Of a stretch of 64,000 nucleotides of DNA, positions 1 through 21,081 are shown piece after piece. The translations under genes were made by a program, and so were the position numbers. A model generated the notes under the pieces. The model had not been told where the DNA came from and made no database searches. It worked only from the letters and a program-made list of their open reading frames with translations. Within the stretch, counting starts at the first letter, position 1. Each line of letters begins with the position of its first letter. This DNA comes from Guillardia theta CCMP2712. Its lineage: Eukaryota; Protista; Cryptophyta. The DNA is taken from contig NW_005434632.1 of NCBI RefSeq assembly GCF_000315625.1, positions 490,113 through 554,112 on the forward strand, read 5' to 3'.

Positions 1-205
1 GTTTCTCCTACACATCACGCCATGTCGTTCTCGGAGCCGTCGCTTCAGCCACATGCATCGACGACAAAGTCCCCATTCCTCCTCCCCTCCTCTCGTGTTC
101 CCTCCCCCTGCCCCTCTCCTGCACTTTTCCATCCTCTGCTAGCTCGCTCTCCTGTGTTTCCTCTCCTGTCCTCTCCTGTCCTCTCCTGTCCTCTCCTGTC
201 CTCTT
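1..205 (+). repeat. Near-identical duplicate of ~1362-1566 (helicase exon end plus following intron), next to an N gap
   Basis: gtttctcctacacatcacgccatgtcgttctcggagcc... occurs at 1 and at 1362. The copies diverge inside the (CTCTCCTGTC)n tract. Confidence 0.85.
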
Positions 206-297
206 CTGTCCAGGTGTATCACTTTCTACGCACTATCTCAGTATTCAGATCACATTTTATAAGGAAATTGCAATCCGATTAATTCCTAACTCAATGA

Positions 298-397
298 NNN
301 NNNNNNNNNNNNNNNNNNNNNNNNNNNNNNNNNNNNNNNNNNNNNNNNNNNNNNNNNNNNNNNNNNNNNNNNNNNNNNNNNNNNNNNNNNNNNNNNN
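298..397. other. Assembly gap (100 N), followed by (GTCT)n microsatellite 398-452
   Basis: Run of N; tetranucleotide repeat. Confidence 0.99.
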
Positions 398-454
<57 letters not shown>

Positions 455-626
455 ACTGCCGCCTGTGACTTCAAGTTCTACTTGTCCTTTCTGCCACTGC
501 CCTCCACTTCAATTTCGTTTTCCCAGCTACTTTTTGCTGCCTTCCATTGCCAGAGCCAGGGGGAAGCGAGTGGGGAGGGGCGGGAGGGGGAGAAGAGCCC
601 GTCGCTTGCCGATGGCCATGTGAAGC

Positions 627-8578
<7,952 letters not shown>

Positions 8579-8979
8579 TCTAGTGCAGTTTTGCCAAGAT
8601 GTATTGTGAACAAGGCACGGAATGAAGAGGAAAAAACTGTGATAGCAAGAGAATGTGGAAAGTGAGAGTTAGGGAATCCAATTGAGATGAGAATAACAGA
8701 AGGAGAAGGAGAAATTGGAGCAATTGGATAAGGAGGAGGAGGAGGAGGAGGAGGAGGAGGAGGAGGAGGAGGAGAAGGAGAAGGAGGAGGAGGAGAAGGA
8801 GGAGGAGAAGGAGAAAGAGTTTCATCGTCGCAGCTGCAAGAAGTTGTAAGCCCCCATCTTGTCTGAAGTCGCTGAGAGGTCGAGGAGGGAGGGAAGGGAT
8901 GGAGCAATGTTGGAACCTGCAAGGCAAGCATGAGAAGGGGAGGAGACGTCAGCAGGTAGTCACAACAACTCAGTTTTGT

Positions 8980-11900
8980 TCATGAGGATGATCGGATGAA
9001 GAGCAAGAAGACAGGAACAGAAGTGTTCGAAACACATGTCAAGTGGCATACAAGTACAATTACATCAACGAGAGTACAAGTGCTACCCATGTCTGTACCT
9101 TGCAACGTGAAATAAAGAGGGATGCTCGACTTTCTTTCTGCTCTGCTTCTCCCTTGCAAGGATTTCCAGCCTTGATTGCTCGCTGACAGGATATGATGAG
9201 AATTTCGAGAATTACTAGAGAAGGTGGAGAAGAAGAAGTGGTGGGACTCAGGTGAGGAGGCGATTGGGAAGGAAGGAAACCAGGGTGGTGGTGGAGGAGG
9301 AGGAAGATGGGAGAGCAAGGAAGAGGGAGAGCGGAGGAGGAGGGAGAGGGGAGGAGGAGGGAGGAGGGAGGAGGAGAAGCTACATGATGTTGACGTTATG
9401 CTCGCTGGTTCTTCATCCTGTTTGAGCTCTGTCATCAAAGGCAACGAGGAAAGAGAGACAGACCAAGTTAGCATGAGGCGTGATGAGAACAGTTCTTTGC
9501 CGCGGATCTCTCAGCTTTGACGATCTTGATATGTGAAAGCTAAGATGAGACGAGATTTTTCACATGTTCTGTTTGAAACGACAACTCACATCATCTTCTT
9601 GCTGGTTGCTGTTTGCAAATCATCACAACATGAACATCTGGCAGCATTTTTACCTTTCGCATGCTTGTCGAACAAGTCCGAACTTCTTCTCAACAACCTG
9701 TCTGCGTCAACTGGCAAATAAATTCAGCAAACCTGCTGAATCTCGTCACCTTGATAACATTTACCCGCAGTGACCAGCGCAGATCGAGGTCGCGCAAGAC
9801 GATGATGGTTGCGATCCTTGTGTGTTGATAGAGAGGAGGAAGAGGAGGAGGAGGAGAAAGGAGGAGCAGCGAAGGAAGACAAGGAATGAGCAGAAGTTGA
9901 GGAGAGAGGAGGAACAGCGGAAGCAGGAGCAGCAGCGAAGGAGGAGGAAGGAAAAGCAACTGAGGAGGCAGGATGCTGTTGAACAAAGGGACGTTTGCTT
10001 GTTGGTAAGGCCAATCTGTTTTGCAAGGGTCCTGCGATCCCTTCTTCCTCCCTCTTGCGATCATGTTGCTGTGCGCCCACTTTCATGCTCTGCTCGGTGC
10101 TGCTCCTCTCCTGCTCCTGCCCCTGCTCCTTCTCTTGCTCCTTCTCTTGCTCCTTCTCTTGCTCTTGCTCCTGCTCCTGCTCGTGCACCTGTTCCTCCCT
10201 GCAAGTTGTCTGCCCATGGCCCTGCCCCTTGCTCCCTCCTTCTCGAGTCTCCCACCTCTCCGCGTTTGCCTCCTGCTCCTCCCTCAACTTCGTCGCTATG
10301 AGGAGGATGTTGCTCGACCGGATCTGCCTCGGAGAATCTGCGAGTGAAGTCAGTCAACAAGAACCGACTCATCGGATCAGCTTACAAGCTCTTCCTCCTT
10401 CCTCCCCTCCTCCTCTCTGCGCCTGCAGCATCCGTCGCGTCAGCTGCACAGCATGGCGGGTGTACCGTAGACTACCTTCGCTTCATCCTCCGTCTTTCCT
10501 GACGACCTTTCAACTTCATCGTCGTCAGCATCTCCCGCCTGGCATGGTAGGGCATGTCAAGATTTTATCTTCTCCTCCAGCGATGAAAACAAACTTGCCT
10601 GCTGCATATCTTTGTCCGCTGCTATTTTAGCTTCTACACCGAACAGGTCAGTTTCATCACAACAGCATCGGCAGGTTCAGACCTGATCTTTCCGCTTCGA
10701 CAACCTCGGAGCTTCTTCTCAGCTCGCCAATCTCCCTCTCCCTCCTCGCCATCTCCACCTGCAGCTCCTGGACCAACCTCCTGCTCGCAGCCAGCTTCTC
10801 CCTCATCACTGAGTTGTCGTTCTCTGCCTCTTGGCACCTCGATCGCATCTCCTGCCATGCATGCTCCTCTTTCGCCTGCTCCTCCTCCATCCTCCTCGCG
10901 CTCCGCTCGCTGGCGAGCAGCTTGGCTGTGAGGGTCGTCACCGTGAGGTCCTGCTCCTCCAGCCTCGCGCTGACTTCCTTCACTCGCTCCTCGCTTCCTG
11001 CCATCAGACTCCGAGACGTCACATGGCTCCATCGGAAGAAGAGGAGGAACAGCTTCGCTCGCTCCCTTCTCCTGCGATGTACCGTCGAGACCTCCTCTTG
11101 ATGTTTCCCCTCCTTCGTTTCCCTCACCACCTCCATCCATTCATACATGTACCTCGCCCTCCTCCCTGACCTCTTCCTCTCCTCCAGGTTCCCTTGCACT
11201 CTGCTCGTCCACCGAGCACGACAATCTCGATCGCGGCAAGTGACGAGGAACGTCCGCAGCATCTGCCGCAGGAACCGTCTCTCCTTCCTCTGTTGGAACG
11301 TCTCCACTGCCTTCATCACGACCCTCCTCTTCATCCGATCCTCCGCGTTCGCTTCTATCGCCCTGAAGCAGACCAGCACATCCTTTCTCAGCTTCTTCCT
11401 CCTCGCAAACTCCTTCACCTGCCCGACAAACCTCCTCTTGAACGACCACCCTGACCACCTCACCAGCATCGTCAGGAGTTCAGGGTGCATCTTTCGACTC
11501 TCTATCTCCCTCTTCTCAAGGAGCCTCTTCCTCAGCTCCCCCATCCTCCTGCTCGCAGCAAGCGTTCTGGTCATGTCAACAAGCTGCTCCTCCATCTTCT
11601 CCTGCTTTCTCCCCATCTGCACCAGGTCGCCTTTCATTCTCACGATGTCCCTGCAGAAGATCTCGATGTCGTGCTTGGCTGCCTTCAACTCCTCTTCCAG
11701 CGGCTGCAGCCGTTTCAGCTCCTTCTGCATCAGCATGAACCTCCCCCACAGCTTCTCGTGCATCCCCTTCCACTTGGTATCGGAGGCTGAAAGCGTCTCT
11801 ACCTTGCCCTCCATCGCCTCCAGCTTCTGCTCGACGCTTCTCTTCTCCTCCTTGAGACTCTCAATGAACTTCATCTGCACGCGCTTCATCGCCACCAGCG

Positions 11901-13933
11901 AGTCGATCTCGCTCCTGTTCGCGGCCAGCTGCCCCTCCATCTTCCTGCACGCCCTCTCGCTCTCCAGCAGTCTCGAGCTGAACTCCAGCCGAATGTTCTC
12001 CTGGGCCTCCTGGATGCTCTTGAAATGCTCCCTCGCCTTCTTCGCGTACTCCTCCGACTTCCTAGCCTCCAGGCTTGACCTCCAGGATTGGAACGCTTCC
12101 TCCACGTACATCATCCTCCACTCCCGCGCAAAGTTCTCCTGCATCCTCCGCAGCTTCCTCCTCTCTTTTGCGCAGTCCCTCCACAACCCCAGCAGCAACG
12201 CGGTCCCCCTCCCCATCCACCTCTCCGCCACTCTCTTGCAGATCTTTCTCAGTCGCTTCGCGTTGTGCGCATGCTCTGCCCAAAGCTCGAACCTCCCTCC
12301 TGCCACGTAGTCGAACACCATCCCCTCAAGGATCGCCGTTCCCTTCCTCTCAGCCTCCCTCCGTGTCACCTCCGCCTCCTCCGGCGTCTGCGTCAGCCTC
12401 AGCGCAGTCCTTTGAATGATCTTGTGCAAGTCCTCTGCTTCCTTCCTCGACTTCTCCAGGTCACCTTCCGCCTGCTCCAGCTGCATGCGCTTCCCCTCAA
12501 GCTGCGTCTGCAGCTTTTGTATCTTCCCCTGCGCCTCCTGCATCTCCTGCTCCACCCGCGCGACCTTCGCCTCTAGCGGCACACGGAAGTCGTTCCACCA
12601 CCTGTCATTCTCCTCCGTCTCCCGCATCGCTTGCTCAAGTTCTCTCCTGCAGGTCCGCATGTCTTCCTCGAGGGCATCCACCATGACTTGCTTGTACTTC
12701 ACCTCCTCTAGCAGCCTTCTCAGTCTCTCATCTGCCTGCTCGTCCTGCTCCGTCCCTTCTGCTGCCTGTACACTTGCAGCATCGGTCTCCGGTGGCACTC
12801 GTTTCAGCTGGAAGAGAACAGGACCACAGAGGAAGGGATACTCGTCCTCCCCCTCAAACTTTGCCGTCCACATCCCCGCAATGTGCCTCCTTACAAGTAC
12901 CCCGACCTTCCCTCGGAACCGTTTGAATCCTTCCCAGTCATCAAATTCCTCTGCGAGCACAACCCGCACCCCGCTGAAAGTGCTCGCGTCCCCATCGCTG
13001 ACGTACATCCTCTTCTCATCGTCCTGCTTCTTCCTCTCCCTTTCCTCCATGAGCTTGAACCCCATCTGCAACAGCTCCTGCTCATGCTTCGACTGCGTTG
13101 TCCACGGTGTCACCGACAACACACCCTCATCCTACTCTTCACCTTCTTCCATCGCCGCTGGTCTGTGGAGACCATGTCGTACTTCCTCGAGACGCTCTCT
13201 CGGCAGTTACTAGCCTCCTCGTTCCAGACCACAAACATCTGCACGAACACATCGCAAACAAACGCGGTAAGTCCCAACTCCCCCATGATCACACAGGGCT
13301 CGACCTCTGAGGCCTTGTCTAAACTCTGCTCAAGAAATTCCTGGTCATGATCACGTTCAGTCTGCAAGAGGTGCAGCTCCAAGGCACAGACCAGGCGAAG
13401 CTTTGGATCGTATCTCGTGTGCATTCCAGCATTCCACCTTTTCATTGAGATATCTGACAACAACAGGTCACCATGTCGTGCAGTCGCTCTTCGACATTGT
13501 GGATCTCACTTCTCTCCATCTTGATCGTGGCCTTTCCCTACCTCCTCAAACCTGAGGACCTGATACGATTGACATGTAAGGGTTGCTCAGGAACTGATCC
13601 TCAACCGCACCGAGATATTTGCTCTTGAGCTGTCGGAAGGTAATGTACACTGACAACCTGGGCACACTGTCCTCTCCTCTCCTCTCCTCTCCTCTCCTCT
13701 CCTCTCCTCTCCTCTCCTCTCCTCTCCTCTCCCGGGTCGCCTGAGGAGTCCTCAGTCTCAGGGCCTCGGGCCTCTGAGAACGGTCTCCTCTCCCGGCTCC
13801 CTCCCCGCCTCTCCTCGAGTCCACGTACAACTTTGATCACACCGTTTCGTGCTGTATCGTATCACGCCATCACCAGTCGCTGGCGCCCGTCACGCCGAGC
13901 CATGACATCGGCACCGCCACCGGGCGCCGCCAT
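8980..13933 (-). CDS. Large coiled-coil protein with Sfi1-like Trp repeats; main exon ~10676-13095, both ends approximate
   Basis: 821-aa ORF rich in E/K/R heptads. Repeated F/L-x2-W-R/A motifs (RFELWAE, LLGLWRD, AFQSWRS). Short GT-AG introns link it to small exons on both sides. Confidence 0.65.
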
Positions 13934-14089
13934 CAACTCAATGACTTGCAGGCGGTTGAAAGACGGTGAAAATCGATCTTCAACCCCGCCTCAGAATTCT
14001 TCGACTTGGCTCTCAGTAATGAGGGGCATCTGCTCCGCAGCCTCCGAGGGCCCGCCGGGTCATAAAATGGATTTTAGAAATTAGTAAAG

Positions 14090-14690
14090 TACCGCAGGCT
14101 AATTGGGGCACCACCGGGTGGTTTGACCAGTGCATCCGAAGATGGAGGCAATCCCAACTCATTCCGCTGACAGAAAGGAGTCTAAATTTAGTACAAAACT
14201 GGAACTGAGAGGGATGGACCCTACTGATCTAACACATTCCTAGGACCGAGCCTAGGACCCCCACACACAAGATAATTAATACCCCAAATTGGCTTGGGAG
14301 AACACACCGGTGTAATTGTGGTAAACTGGGTGGGTGCGGGGTGCAGTCAGATATCACGGTGTACCCCTGTATTCCGATACAAATACATGGGTGGGTCCGG
14401 AAGGACGTAATGAGAAAAATCGGGGTGGGGTGGATATCAAGTTCAAACTTGCATATGACTGACAAAGGGTAGAGTACTTAGAGCTGAAGAGGGGGGTAGG
14501 GGTATCGTGGTCATTTCAACCAGAACAAGTGTGGGTCAAATGTGAAAATGGAAGTCAGATGTCAAGGAAAGGTGGGGTCCGTAATACGGAGAAAGGGGGG
14601 TCAGCAAGAAAGGGGGGTAGTCTTGATAATGGGTTTTGGATGAAAAATTCTTCCTTGACCCTCTGAAGCCGAAAGAGGGAGGGTCGGTTG
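14090..14690. promoter_or_regulatory. Divergent intergenic region with an ACCC-to-GGGT strand switch near 14320
   Basis: ACCC words at 14217-14305 and GGGT/GGGGTAG words at 14327-14690, between head-to-head genes. Confidence 0.45.
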
Positions 14691-14696
14691 GGAAAA

Positions 14697-17600
14697 ATGC
14701 TTCCGCATGGAGGGCTGATAGCGGCAGTGCATGGGAGGAGGAGGAGACGAACTAGCGTGTCGGAGGAAGATGAGCATGACTACACAAACCTTCTCGAACC
14801 AACTCAGATCTTCAAGGATAGGATGGACGCGGTTGACTCCGTGCTCGAGGATCTGGAATCTCAATCGATTTTTGGTCCGGCCAAGAAGGAGGCAGCGCAA
14901 GTTGAGATCAGTGCGATAGAGGGCCTGCTGGAACAGGTGGAGAATAAGATAGAGAGGTCGCAGGCATACTTCAAGCTTGGAGGAACAGCAACCTTCTTCA
15001 TCTTGTTCGCCGTCTTGCTGTTCACCCAAAGGAATGTGTCCGATTCTTACGACATGGAGAGCTCTATCGTCAACCTGATTGTTGGGCAGCTGCCGACGCT
15101 GGGAACGGGGGGATACACCAACTCAGGGGTGGGGGCAGCAGGGTCACTTAGCAGTGCCAGCGACTTCTACACATGGCTGTCAACAGCAGTCATCGCCAAC
15201 GTTTTCAGCGATCCCATTTGCGGGGACGGCTCGTGCGATGCGCCGGACGAGTATGCCGGGTTTGGGAGGTTCGGGTGCGTAGCCGACTGCGGAAACTATC
15301 TGAACGTCACAGAGATAACGATTAACCTCCAAGATGTCATCGCCACAAGCTCTGATAGCCTTGGATGGGACGTGTCTGGAATAACGAGGATTTCCTCTTC
15401 CCAGAAGGCTGGGTTCAAATACAACATCTACAGCGAAACGATGGGCGATTTCCTGTTTGCAGATGACCAGGACTCATCGACGGGGCTGAGCGTCACGACG
15501 GACGTCCCTGACGGCGTTCTCACGCTAGTCCTATACCAAACGCAGAAAACCAGCAGCCTTGTCGACGCCAACACCATTCACAACTTCTATCCCTTCGTAC
15601 TGAGGTGAACCGTGTCTTGTCTTCCTTGCTGTGCGATGGAGATGAGAGTTTGATCGCAGCACAATACCTGATCGAAATACTTTGAGCGACTACCAATACG
15701 GCGATCAGAGGGAATACCTCTCCTCTTCGTTCCTCATCCTCCAAGGGATAGAGAACTATTGCTACTCATCCGGTCCAGCCATGCCCCCCAAGTGCCAGTC
15801 CTTGAATTCTTTCGGTCTTATTTCCATCTCTTTTTGCATGTTGGAAGCTGACGTCTTGAGTTGCACGGCAGACATGTATGTGCGACTCTTGTCCAGTTAC
15901 GGAGTAAACGGATCGATCACCATGAAGTCTTCAACCTCGAACAAGAATTACGACACTCTTGCTTCGGTGACGCATCCTTGCGCAATACTCTTCCTTCTCC
16001 TATCAAACCTTACATCTCCGATGTCGTGAACAGGTCATGTTCTGCTCTGTCATCCCGAACACCACAGGGGGGTCGGCTGCCTCAGCGAACAAGGCGTACT
16101 TCCAGAGTGCCAGGACCTCTTGTCAATCTGGACAGGCACGCTCGGCATCAAAGTTGCCGCAACTCTCGGACTCGAAGACGTTGATTAGAGAGGAGAGGAA
16201 GGGAAAGAAAATCACTCAGGAGGAGGAAAAGATTGTCGGTCGCTCAATGCGCTTGCATGCAAAGGAGGAGAACATCATCCAAGGGGATGAAACAGGTACA
16301 GAGCTCGTGCACATGATCAGGAAACGCCCTCAAGCGAGCGCTATCAATGCTTCGCACCAAAATTTCCATCAACTCGCAGCTCCGGGTCAGTCTCCATTCG
16401 CTTCGCCGACATGCACCGCCGCGACGCAGAGTTTCCCCCTCCTCTATGTTTATCCTTCGCAGACTGTTCAGACCTGCTTGATGTTCTCGACTGCAGGCTC
16501 GAGCCCTCTCTACATCTTGACTTCTTACGAGGACCAGATTGGCCAGAATAATCTCAATCTACTGAACCCGTCTGGTGGTGGGTTTTATATCTCAGCAGCC
16601 AACTTCACTCAGATGAGCATTCCCAACTTCAATTTTCAGCTTGCTGTGCAGAGCGCGCAGCCTGGAAAGCCGGGATCCTTTCTTCACTCTTCGAAACCGT
16701 ATGCGATGCCCATTTCGTCGCCGTCTGTCTATTTCTACATCACAGTAACTCCGACCGATTACCTTTGTTTGAGTTTCTCGGAGTCTGACTGCACACCTCC
16801 GAGCGACCCGCAGATTGTGGATTCCTTCAGTCTTCCTGTTGTCGTAGTCCAGAGCTCCGTTGGGCAGGGCGCAAACTCAAAAACTTTGATTTCACTCTCC
16901 ATCCTGCCTTCGTCCAACGGATCGACTGTGAGTTTCTCAACGTCGAGCAGTAATGCTCTGTCATGTAGCAATGCGACAAGCTCAGGAAGTTTGTTCTTCT
17001 ACGATGACTCTGCTTCTCAGCTGACGGGCTCAAAACTGACCGTGTACGCCATGGCTTGCAAGAATGGTTTAACGAGCAACGTGGTCAGTCGAAGTTGGAA
17101 CATTTTCCCGTCGCCCTACGTGTCTGTCAGCTTGAAAGTGGACGCATTGACCTCCACAAGCTTCAGCGACACGTTGTTGGAGTACATGAAGACAGCGATC
17201 TCTCAGGTGGTTGGATGCAACAAACTGCAGGTGCTTTCTTTGTCGGTCACCACTGAAACCAGCAACACAACAAACTACACGTCTGCTTATCTCAGTCTCA
17301 AGATCCTTACTGATTCCAACGTGGATGTGGTCCAGTACAACAAGTCAGTGGTATCAAACATCATGACGATCTCAAGCAAGTTCAAGACACTTGCAAACGT
17401 TAACGCGACAACCTCCATCAGGGCGACCTCGATCACTTCGAAGCTGTCCTACTCGAACGAGTTCAAACCGTGTACCACACACTATGACTGCACCAGCGGG
17501 TTGTTCTGCGCCACACAGCAGAGCTCCACCGGCTACATCTGCCAGCCATGTGCAACTTGCGTCATCGACTCGAGAGACTCTTACAACGGAGTCTGCCCTC

Positions 17601-20600
17601 AGGACCTCTGCCCTAACTCAGGAGGCTATCCCCGCTGCGTTGACGCCTCCGCCTTCCTCGCCCCCCTCGAAAGCACCTGCTCTGACCATCACGCCTTCTC
17701 CATATGGAAGTACGGGACACAGGCGGAGGGCAGCCCTCAGGTCATCCCCTCCTTCACTCCCAAGGTGAGGGAGCTGACGCCCTACAATCGCCTCGTCGGT
17801 GCTGTCGTGATCACGCAAACGAGGATGAAGCGAGGCTCCTGCCTGGACAACATGAAGGGGGCGGACGTCCGGCTCTTCACCTCGTCGGCGGGCTCGGGCA
17901 TCAACTGCCCCCTTGCCAACCAGCTGGACTCTGAGCCCTTCGGGTACGACCCGACCTTCATGACGTTCAGCTCCATCTACAACGGCAAGCTGCGGCCAGA
18001 AGTCTTCTACGGGAACGGCGAGAGGTACAACTCTTCGACGTCGGGAGGGACGGGGTATGGCTACCCCAAGGGCTTCTACCCGCAAAAGTACGACCAGAAT
18101 GCTCTTGACACGAACATGGATGGCATGCTGAGTCCGCAGGAGGTAACCAGCGGGGCAACAACCTCCTTCTTCACCAAGGCGTCCAAGTACATCGACTCGG
18201 GCGAGCAAGACACCTTCAAGCTGTACTTCGACGAGAGGCTGACGTACAAGCAAGCGCTGAAGATGGTCCAGTTTGCCCAGGACGGGAAGTTCATCGACTC
18301 GCAGACCAAGGAGATCAAGGTAGAGATTGTGACTTACAATGCCGTCAAGGACATCTTCATGTACTCCAACTTCGTCTTCGCGTGGCAGGCGGGAGGAAAG
18401 ATCCCGTGGGACTACTCCATCAACACCATTTCCGTTGACAAGATCCTCTCTCCCTCACACGTTCAGATTATCCTGATGGTGATAATCGTCGTCTTCCTGA
18501 TCTTCAACTGCGCCTACGAGTTCAGAGACATCCTTATCCAGGCAAGGAAGTTCGCACTGCACGACTACCTAGCCGATCCCTTCAACTGGATCGATCTTGC
18601 TCACTTCTTCTTCATGTGGGGCTCAGTCTTCTCCTGGTTCATGTACCGGCAGAGCACTCTTACCTTCAAGCTCAGCCCCAACTACCCAATCCTCTTCTAC
18701 GGGCCCGAGTACAGCGCCGTCAACTCAACAAGAAGGTCGATCCCCTTCGAAGCTCCCATCAGCGCGTCCAACTTCGCCAAGGCCAGAATGTTCCGCACCA
18801 ACAATGCGGCGGAGTACGACTTCTTGCAGCTGATCAACGCGATGCGAGTGATCTCGAGCAGGATGGAGTTGTACTCCTTTTTCTCTGGCGTCGCCGTCGT
18901 CCTCTTTGTCATGAGGATGCTCAAATCGCTCGACTTTCAGGAGAGGATGGGGATGGTCACCAGGACCATTGCGAGGGCCGCCAGCGATCTGTGGCACTTC
19001 GTCCTCCTCTTCTTCATCGTCTTCGTCGGCTACGCCATCGTCGGAGTCCTCTTGTTCGGTCATCAGTTCGAGGTACGAGGTTGCCTGTCCTGACCTCTTG
19101 TTCTTCTCTCTTTCGTTTCTTCCTCCCCTCCCTCCCCCTCTTGTCTGTTCTCCACCTTGCTGGTACTTTCTCCGCCAACCCTTGTTCAATCCCGTCCCTC
19201 GCTTACCCTCCGCTCCGACAGGGCATGCACGACCTCTCACATTCCTGCATCACTCTCACAATCTTTCTGCTGAGTTTGGATGCAACCCAATTCTACTCAT
19301 CGGTAAGTCAAGTCCGCTATCCTCGTCACTTCATTCTCACCAGCTGGCAGATGTCGCATGCCGCTACTCCTCTTGCCTTCTACATCTTCCTCTGGTCTTA
19401 CATCTTCATCGTTTTCTTCATCCTCTTCAACATCTTCCTCGCCATCCTCGTCGATGCGTACGCCACCGTCAAGCAGGCGACCGATGGATCGACGGGTCTG
19501 TTGGAGGAGCTTGCCGGTGTCATCTGGCACGCAGTCCGACGCGTCCTCCCCTTCGGCTCCCGCTTCCTCTCGGACGAGCACTTCCAGCGGATCCTCAAGG
19601 ATGAGAAGACCAAGTTGGGGCAGGGGCAGAGGATCCAGTCGGAGATCAACCGCAAGCTGGAGGACAAGAAGGAGATCTTGCTGCGCGGAGGAGTCAGGGT
19701 CGACCTCAACAACCTGCAGCGGATTGTGCAGCCTGGCAAGGTCAGAGGGAACTACCAGGTCAGCCCCACGGAGGCAGAGAACGATGCCAAGGGGGCAGCA
19801 GAAGCTTCGGCAGAGGCTTTTGCAGACGATATGGTGCTGGACGTCATGGACAGGTACGGAAGCAACGTGCTGGAGCACAGGGAGAGGAGGAACCATGAGT
19901 TCAAGGAGCTTGTTGGTATCGAGAATATGAGGTAACGTCTGCTGCCCGGCATATCCCCTCGCTCCCCTCCCCTTGCTCATTTCACTGCTATCTATCCCAT
20001 CATCTTCCTGGTCCCCTCTCTCCTTCCATGACTCCTCCCGCTGCTCTTCCATCTGACATCGCACCCAGGCGCCTGCTTGTTATGAATCTCCTCCAGATCA
20101 ACGTGCTGGACGAACAGAAACGCATCGCCGACGTCCTCGAGTCCATGGCCGTGAAGACTTTCGGCTCAGTCCCTGAGCACAAGCGCAGCCTCCTGAACCC
20201 CTCGGCGAGGGTCGTGAGCAGACTTGGAGAGCTCCACGTCACCGTGGTCAGCGCCACGGGTCTCCCTCGCATGGATCTCATCCGCAGCTGCGATCCCTAC
20301 TGCGTCCTCTACATCGATGGCCATGGCGACCAGCAGACGCACATCACCGAGACGGTACCGAAGAGTCAGACGCCTCACTGGAACGAGAAGTTTGTGTGGG
20401 ATCTCTACACTGACACCCGGATCGTTACAATCTCATTGTGGGACAGAGACAATGTACGTCGCCCGCCTCTCCTCCTCCTCCGTCGCTGCTTCACTTTTCT
20501 ATACTCCCCTCTCTCCTCTCCCCTCTCTCCTCTCCCCTCTTCCCACTCCTCCTTACCTTCTTCCGCTCCCTTCATCCCTTCTTAATCTGCAATCTCCTTT

Positions 20601-21081
20601 CATCTCTCCTCTCCTTCTCCCTCCTGCCTCCCCCTCCTCGCTCTCCTTTCGCTTAGTGGCCTCACGCATCCTGCAGGTGACCAAGGACGATCTCATCGGC
20701 ACTGTGCTGGTTGACCTGCGAGATCTCGAGCCAAACTCGTTCGGCAAGCAGCTCGACCTCAACCTGACAAACGCGAGGAAGGCAAAGAAGCTGAGGAACG
20801 CAAAGCTGCAAGTGATCTTTCAGCGGCGAAGAGACGGGGAGACTATGGATTCTATCCAGGAGGAGAGTGCAGGAGAGGCTGGGGGGTCGATGAACGGCAG
20901 CAGGAAGCAACAAGGGGAAGGGCCGCCGGACTCGATCAACGGGAACGTGGAGGGGAAGGTGGAGGGGAAGGTGGAGGCAGCTAACGGGAAGAGCGGAGAC
21001 GAAGAAGTGGACAGCGCGTTGAGAGAAGACATCGATAAGATGACTGAAGAGCTGGAGGATAGCTTAAACCTTTCAGACTAG
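14697..21081 (+). CDS. Polycystin-2 (PKD2/TRPP)-like cation channel with a very large S1-S2 ectodomain and a C-terminal C2 domain
   Basis: S1 helix then CGDGSC..EYAGFGRFGCVADCG. TOP-domain motifs NRLVGAVVITQTR and DGKFIDSQTKEIKVEIVTYN. Channel motifs DPFNWID, RMLKSLDFQERMGMVTRTI..A..DLWHF, LLFGH and FFILFNIFLAILVDAY. C2 domain LHVTVVSATGLPRMD..DPYC..PHWNEKF..WDRD..KDDLIG. Confidence 0.9.

Noticed and set aside
11147-13213. Long plus-strand ORFs (387 and 265 aa)
   Set aside because: Antisense shadows of the GC3-rich coiled-coil exon.
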